DNA from: Glaucostegus cemiculus | Lineage: Eukaryota | DNA: 64,000 nucleotides | Reading direction: 5' to 3' | Assembly: GCA_976551045.1 (NCBI GenBank) | Contig: CDPCPM010000259.1 | Coordinates: 496,001-560,000, forward strand | Shown here: piece by piece, positions 60,481 to 64,000 of the stretch | Numbering within the stretch: position 1 is the first letter of the stretch | Layout of the letters: each line of letters opens with the position of its first letter | Notes under the pieces: model-generated | What the model saw: only the letters and a program-made list of their open reading frames with translations | Database searches by the model: none | What the model was told of the DNA's origin: nothing | Program-made: the position numbers and the translations under genes

Positions 60481-61359
60481 AGATAGAATATACAGATGTT
60501 TATCTTTTATAAAATATATCTACAGCTATATGTCGTGTTGCTCAAATTTATTGAGTTCTAATCTTTAATTGATCGTCTTAATCACAGGCAGCTGTGGAAC
60601 CTCTCTAATTTCAGTCTAATTACAGTGTGTGGTAAACAGGGCTAATGAGTTTCATAGCCTCACCATAGCAGAAGAAAGGGCAAATCAGTCACAGCATAGA
60701 CAGCAAACGTGCTGATACTCAATCTTTTTGTTTGATAGAGGGGTGGAGAGAGGGAGAGGAAATGATCTTTGTCCAAAATAAATTGGACAAGATGAAACAT
60801 ACAAAGATACAAAACAGTTTAGATGAGCCTTGGGTTCTTATTTGACAACTTTGGGTTGTATCAAAGCCATGCATTGTTAGACTGCCCACAGCTTTACAAT
60901 CTTGCAACGCTTGGGTGTTGTCCCAGGTAGTGTAAAACCATACTGCTTAACCAAGCAGGATTTTAAAACTGCACCATTTTCAAAAATGGGTTAGATCTCA
61001 TTGACACTTTAATAACTTAAAGCAGTAACTTTTTTTTGTGGTACGACAAAGCATCCCCTCCCATCTGTCTATTCTCTCCTAATACAAGAAGATAGCTAAG
61101 AGATTTAGATAGCTGCATATACATTGCCTTGCAAAACCCAGTCATGACGACTAAAATACAGTTTTCTATACATACAAATCCCACTACTTGGACCACTCAC
61201 AGGCAACTGTCCACATTTGACAAATGGTGCTAGTTGTTTGCCAGCAACCGTTTAGTCGATCATGCAGGTACCTTATTACGTATTAAACACATTGGCTGTT
61301 TTGAGCTGCTTGGTAACTTCTTAATTGCATCTTGATGAATAACAAATGATGATTCACTT

Positions 61360-61745
61360 AATGAGAAGAATGAGAGGGGACCTCATAGAAACACTTAAAA
61401 TGTTGAAAGGACTGGACAGAGTAGATGTGGCTAAGCTGTTTCCCTTGGTGGGTGAGTTCAGGACCAAAGGGCACAATCTTAGAATTAGAGGGTACTGGTT
61501 TAAAACGGATGAGAAATTTCTTTAGCCAGAGGGTAGTGAATTTATGGAATTCTTTGCCACGAACAGCTGTGGAGGCCCAATCATTGGAAGCGTTTAAAGA
61601 GGACCTAGATAGTATCTAATTAGTCAAGGTATCAAGGGATATGGGGATAAGGCTGGAAATTGGGGCTAGATAGGAATGGTTTTTTTCCTCGTGGAGCAGA
61701 CTTGATGGGCTGAATGGCCTACTTCTGCTCCTTTGTCTAGTGATC
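61360..61745 (+). mobile_element. CR1 3' end
   Basis: RRMRGDLIET, MRNFFSQRVVNLWNSLP and tail gggctgaatggcctacttctgctcc. Confidence 0.85.
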
Positions 61746-61746
61746 T

Positions 61747-62480
61747 GAACTTGCATTTCTATTGCACCTTTACTGAGGTGCTTCACAAGTTTAACTTCAG
61801 GCCATGTACAAAAGTATTGGCATAAATTGACCAGTTGGTTTTTAAGAGCATTTTGAAAAGGAAGAAAAAGACACAGAAATCCAGTGGAGAAGGGAAATCA
61901 AAGCCCTAAGGCCTCTGCTGTCAAAGGCAGAGCCACCACTAATGGAATGATTAAAATCAGAGAAGTGCAAGAGGCTAAAATTGCATGAATATAAAATATC
62001 TCGGACAATCATAGCTCTGGAGGAGGATATGGAGATAGAGAAGGTGAAGCTTTGCAGAGAGATGGTTTCAATATTGCGGCTTTGATCTTCTGGGAACTGA
62101 TATAGGTTAGTGAACACAGGGCTGATGAATGATCAGAGCCTGCTGTGAACTGGGGTTAGAGGCAGCAGTTTTGGATGAGTTTAAGATTAGGGAGGTTGAA
62201 AGATAGGAGACTTGCCAGGAGTGTTTTGGAAAAGATGTGTAGATGTAACAAAGACTTGGTTATGATTTTCAACAGCAGCTGAACCAAGGAAGGGGCAGAG
62301 GTGAGAAGTTACAGAGATGGTGATTAGGCAGTTGTGTTAAAGTTATGGATATGTGAACCATCACTTACATCGAGGTCGTATATTTCACCAAGGTTGTGAA
62401 CACACAATTCAGTTCCAGGGAGAGGATAAAGTCAGACTGAAGGGTACAGTTGGACCTGCTGACTACTGCCAATATTTCCA
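61747..62480 (-). mobile_element. Ancient L2-like fragment
   Basis: aacttgcatttctattgcaccttt resembles the reverse-complement L2 tail; gcagcagttttggatgagtt and aggccttagggct are compatible with decayed L2 ORF2. Confidence 0.45.
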
Positions 62481-64000
62481 AGAGGGACTGCGAGTGCTGA
62501 ACCATTGAGACTGAAGTATGTTTTTGCTGAGGAAATTGCCTTTTCATTTCATGTCAGATCTGTAGCAGGATCCAAGACTTCAGTGTCTTCTTTGATGAAT
62601 GATGGGTAATAATTTAGGAAACAAGTTAATTTTTTAAATTATTTTGCTTTACTTGTGTACAAATGTTTATGTGTAGTTTTGAATAATATATATTTTAATC
62701 TTTATTTACAACTGTGTTAGTGGGCTATATCATATTTCAATTAAATAGACAGTTTTAGTGGTGTCAAGGGCCACAGGCTGAAAAGGACATTTTGAGCAAT
62801 GCAAAGGGAAACCTACAGTTCCAAAATAAACATGTCATTATATTTCCCCTGGGTTTTTATTTTCCTTCTTATCCTGAAACATCCAAGGACACTAGCTTGT
62901 GACCACCAGCCCAGTAGGTTCATCATCCATTCAATGAGATACCCTAATTAATTTGCTTTATTATTATAAAAATATGCATTCATATTGATATTATGATGTA
63001 GAGATGAAAAAGGCTCTGATTTCAACTTCCAAAATATCTGTTGTACAAATTAGTTATGGTACTCAGATGTCTCACAGCCTCTGGGTCAAGTAAACAAATA
63101 CAAAATTAACCAGAATTACCACTGCTAACCACTATCCTCAACTGCTGGAATGAATAAATGTATGTTAATGTTGAGTAGAAACAGACTTGGACTTGACTGT
63201 AGTCAAGCACTGTCAAATAATCAGCTAAATCTCACTCTCTGATTGCACCCCTCAAGGATGGCTACTTTGGCAAGGTTTACTTGTTCTTGTTAAATAAAAT
63301 TACAGTTTGAATCAGCCACTTCAGGAGTTAAAATTGAGCTAATGATGAAATAAACAACATTAAAAACTCCAAACAATACACAACATAATGATGTTTTATT
63401 TTATGTTTGTAAATGTGTTTGACGCTTTAATAATAAGGTTCTAAATATGTGCAGGCAAGTGTGACAGACACAAAGCCACTGTACTCATTACCATATGTGT
63501 GTATCATTTCAACCCATCAGCTGAGCCCACAGCCATTACACCCGGAGTTCACTTGGCATTCTGAGCCACCTGAACTGAGTAGCACATTCACTCTCCCTCA
63601 GTGAAACTTGCTTAGGTAGGGTTGTTAGGAGATTTACATTTCAAGACTTGTGCCTAATTCATCACCATTTGTGAACATCAAAGAGCACTGGACTGATGAA
63701 TTGAACACTCTGAGAGCATTGCACTGGAACACATCTCCATCCCAATCTGCAGATTCCTTCTACAGGCAACACAAAGGCAGTCCATGTGAGTATAGAGAAA
63801 AAATGTTTATTTTTTCTATTGTAGTTTCTCTCTTTTCCTTCCTTTCCCATCCCATTTCCCTTTCTTTTCCAATCCATTGCTGCAGAACTGTAGTGCTCTT
63901 CATGCCTTGTTTTGCAGATTGCACGAAACAGTATGCCTGTTAGATTTTCTTACATTATACAAAATGATCTTTTGCATGGGTTGAGGTTGAAAAATGAATT

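Noticed and set aside
62580-64000. AT-rich stretch that could be the 3'UTR or upstream region of a neighbouring gene
   Set aside because: No exon or ORF with recognisable homology; poly(A)-like hexamers are expected by chance at this composition.

Overview
Vertebrate genomic DNA, most likely from a cartilaginous fish (elasmobranch). This is inferred from the repeat landscape: CR1 LINEs, tRNA-derived V-SINE/HE1-type SINEs, Rex/Babar, Penelope-like and L1 fragments. The window holds one complete protein-coding gene on the + strand, TTC34 (tetratricopeptide repeat protein 34). Its 7 coding exons are 7160-8754, 11463-11688, 27604-27796, 34524-34690, 43427-43697, 44298-44512 and 56256-56777. All introns are GT-AG with compatible phases, giving a 3189-nt CDS (1062 aa) ending in ...REASGCIVH*. 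A splice acceptor just before the start codon implies an upstream non-coding exon that I could not place. The introns are filled with mostly decayed, often nested retroelements. I see no convincing wholly new gene system. The most unusual signals are: (i) several local template-switch scars, one containing an antisense copy of part of a TTC34 exon; (ii) an uninterrupted, CpG-island-like 1.6-kb first coding exon; (iii) sense-oriented CR1 5' ends carrying splice donors upstream of internal exons; (iv) degenerate hammerhead-ribozyme cores in Penelope-like repeats; (v) a C-terminal CaaX-like motif. Repeat family calls and most repeat boundaries are by eye and approximate.
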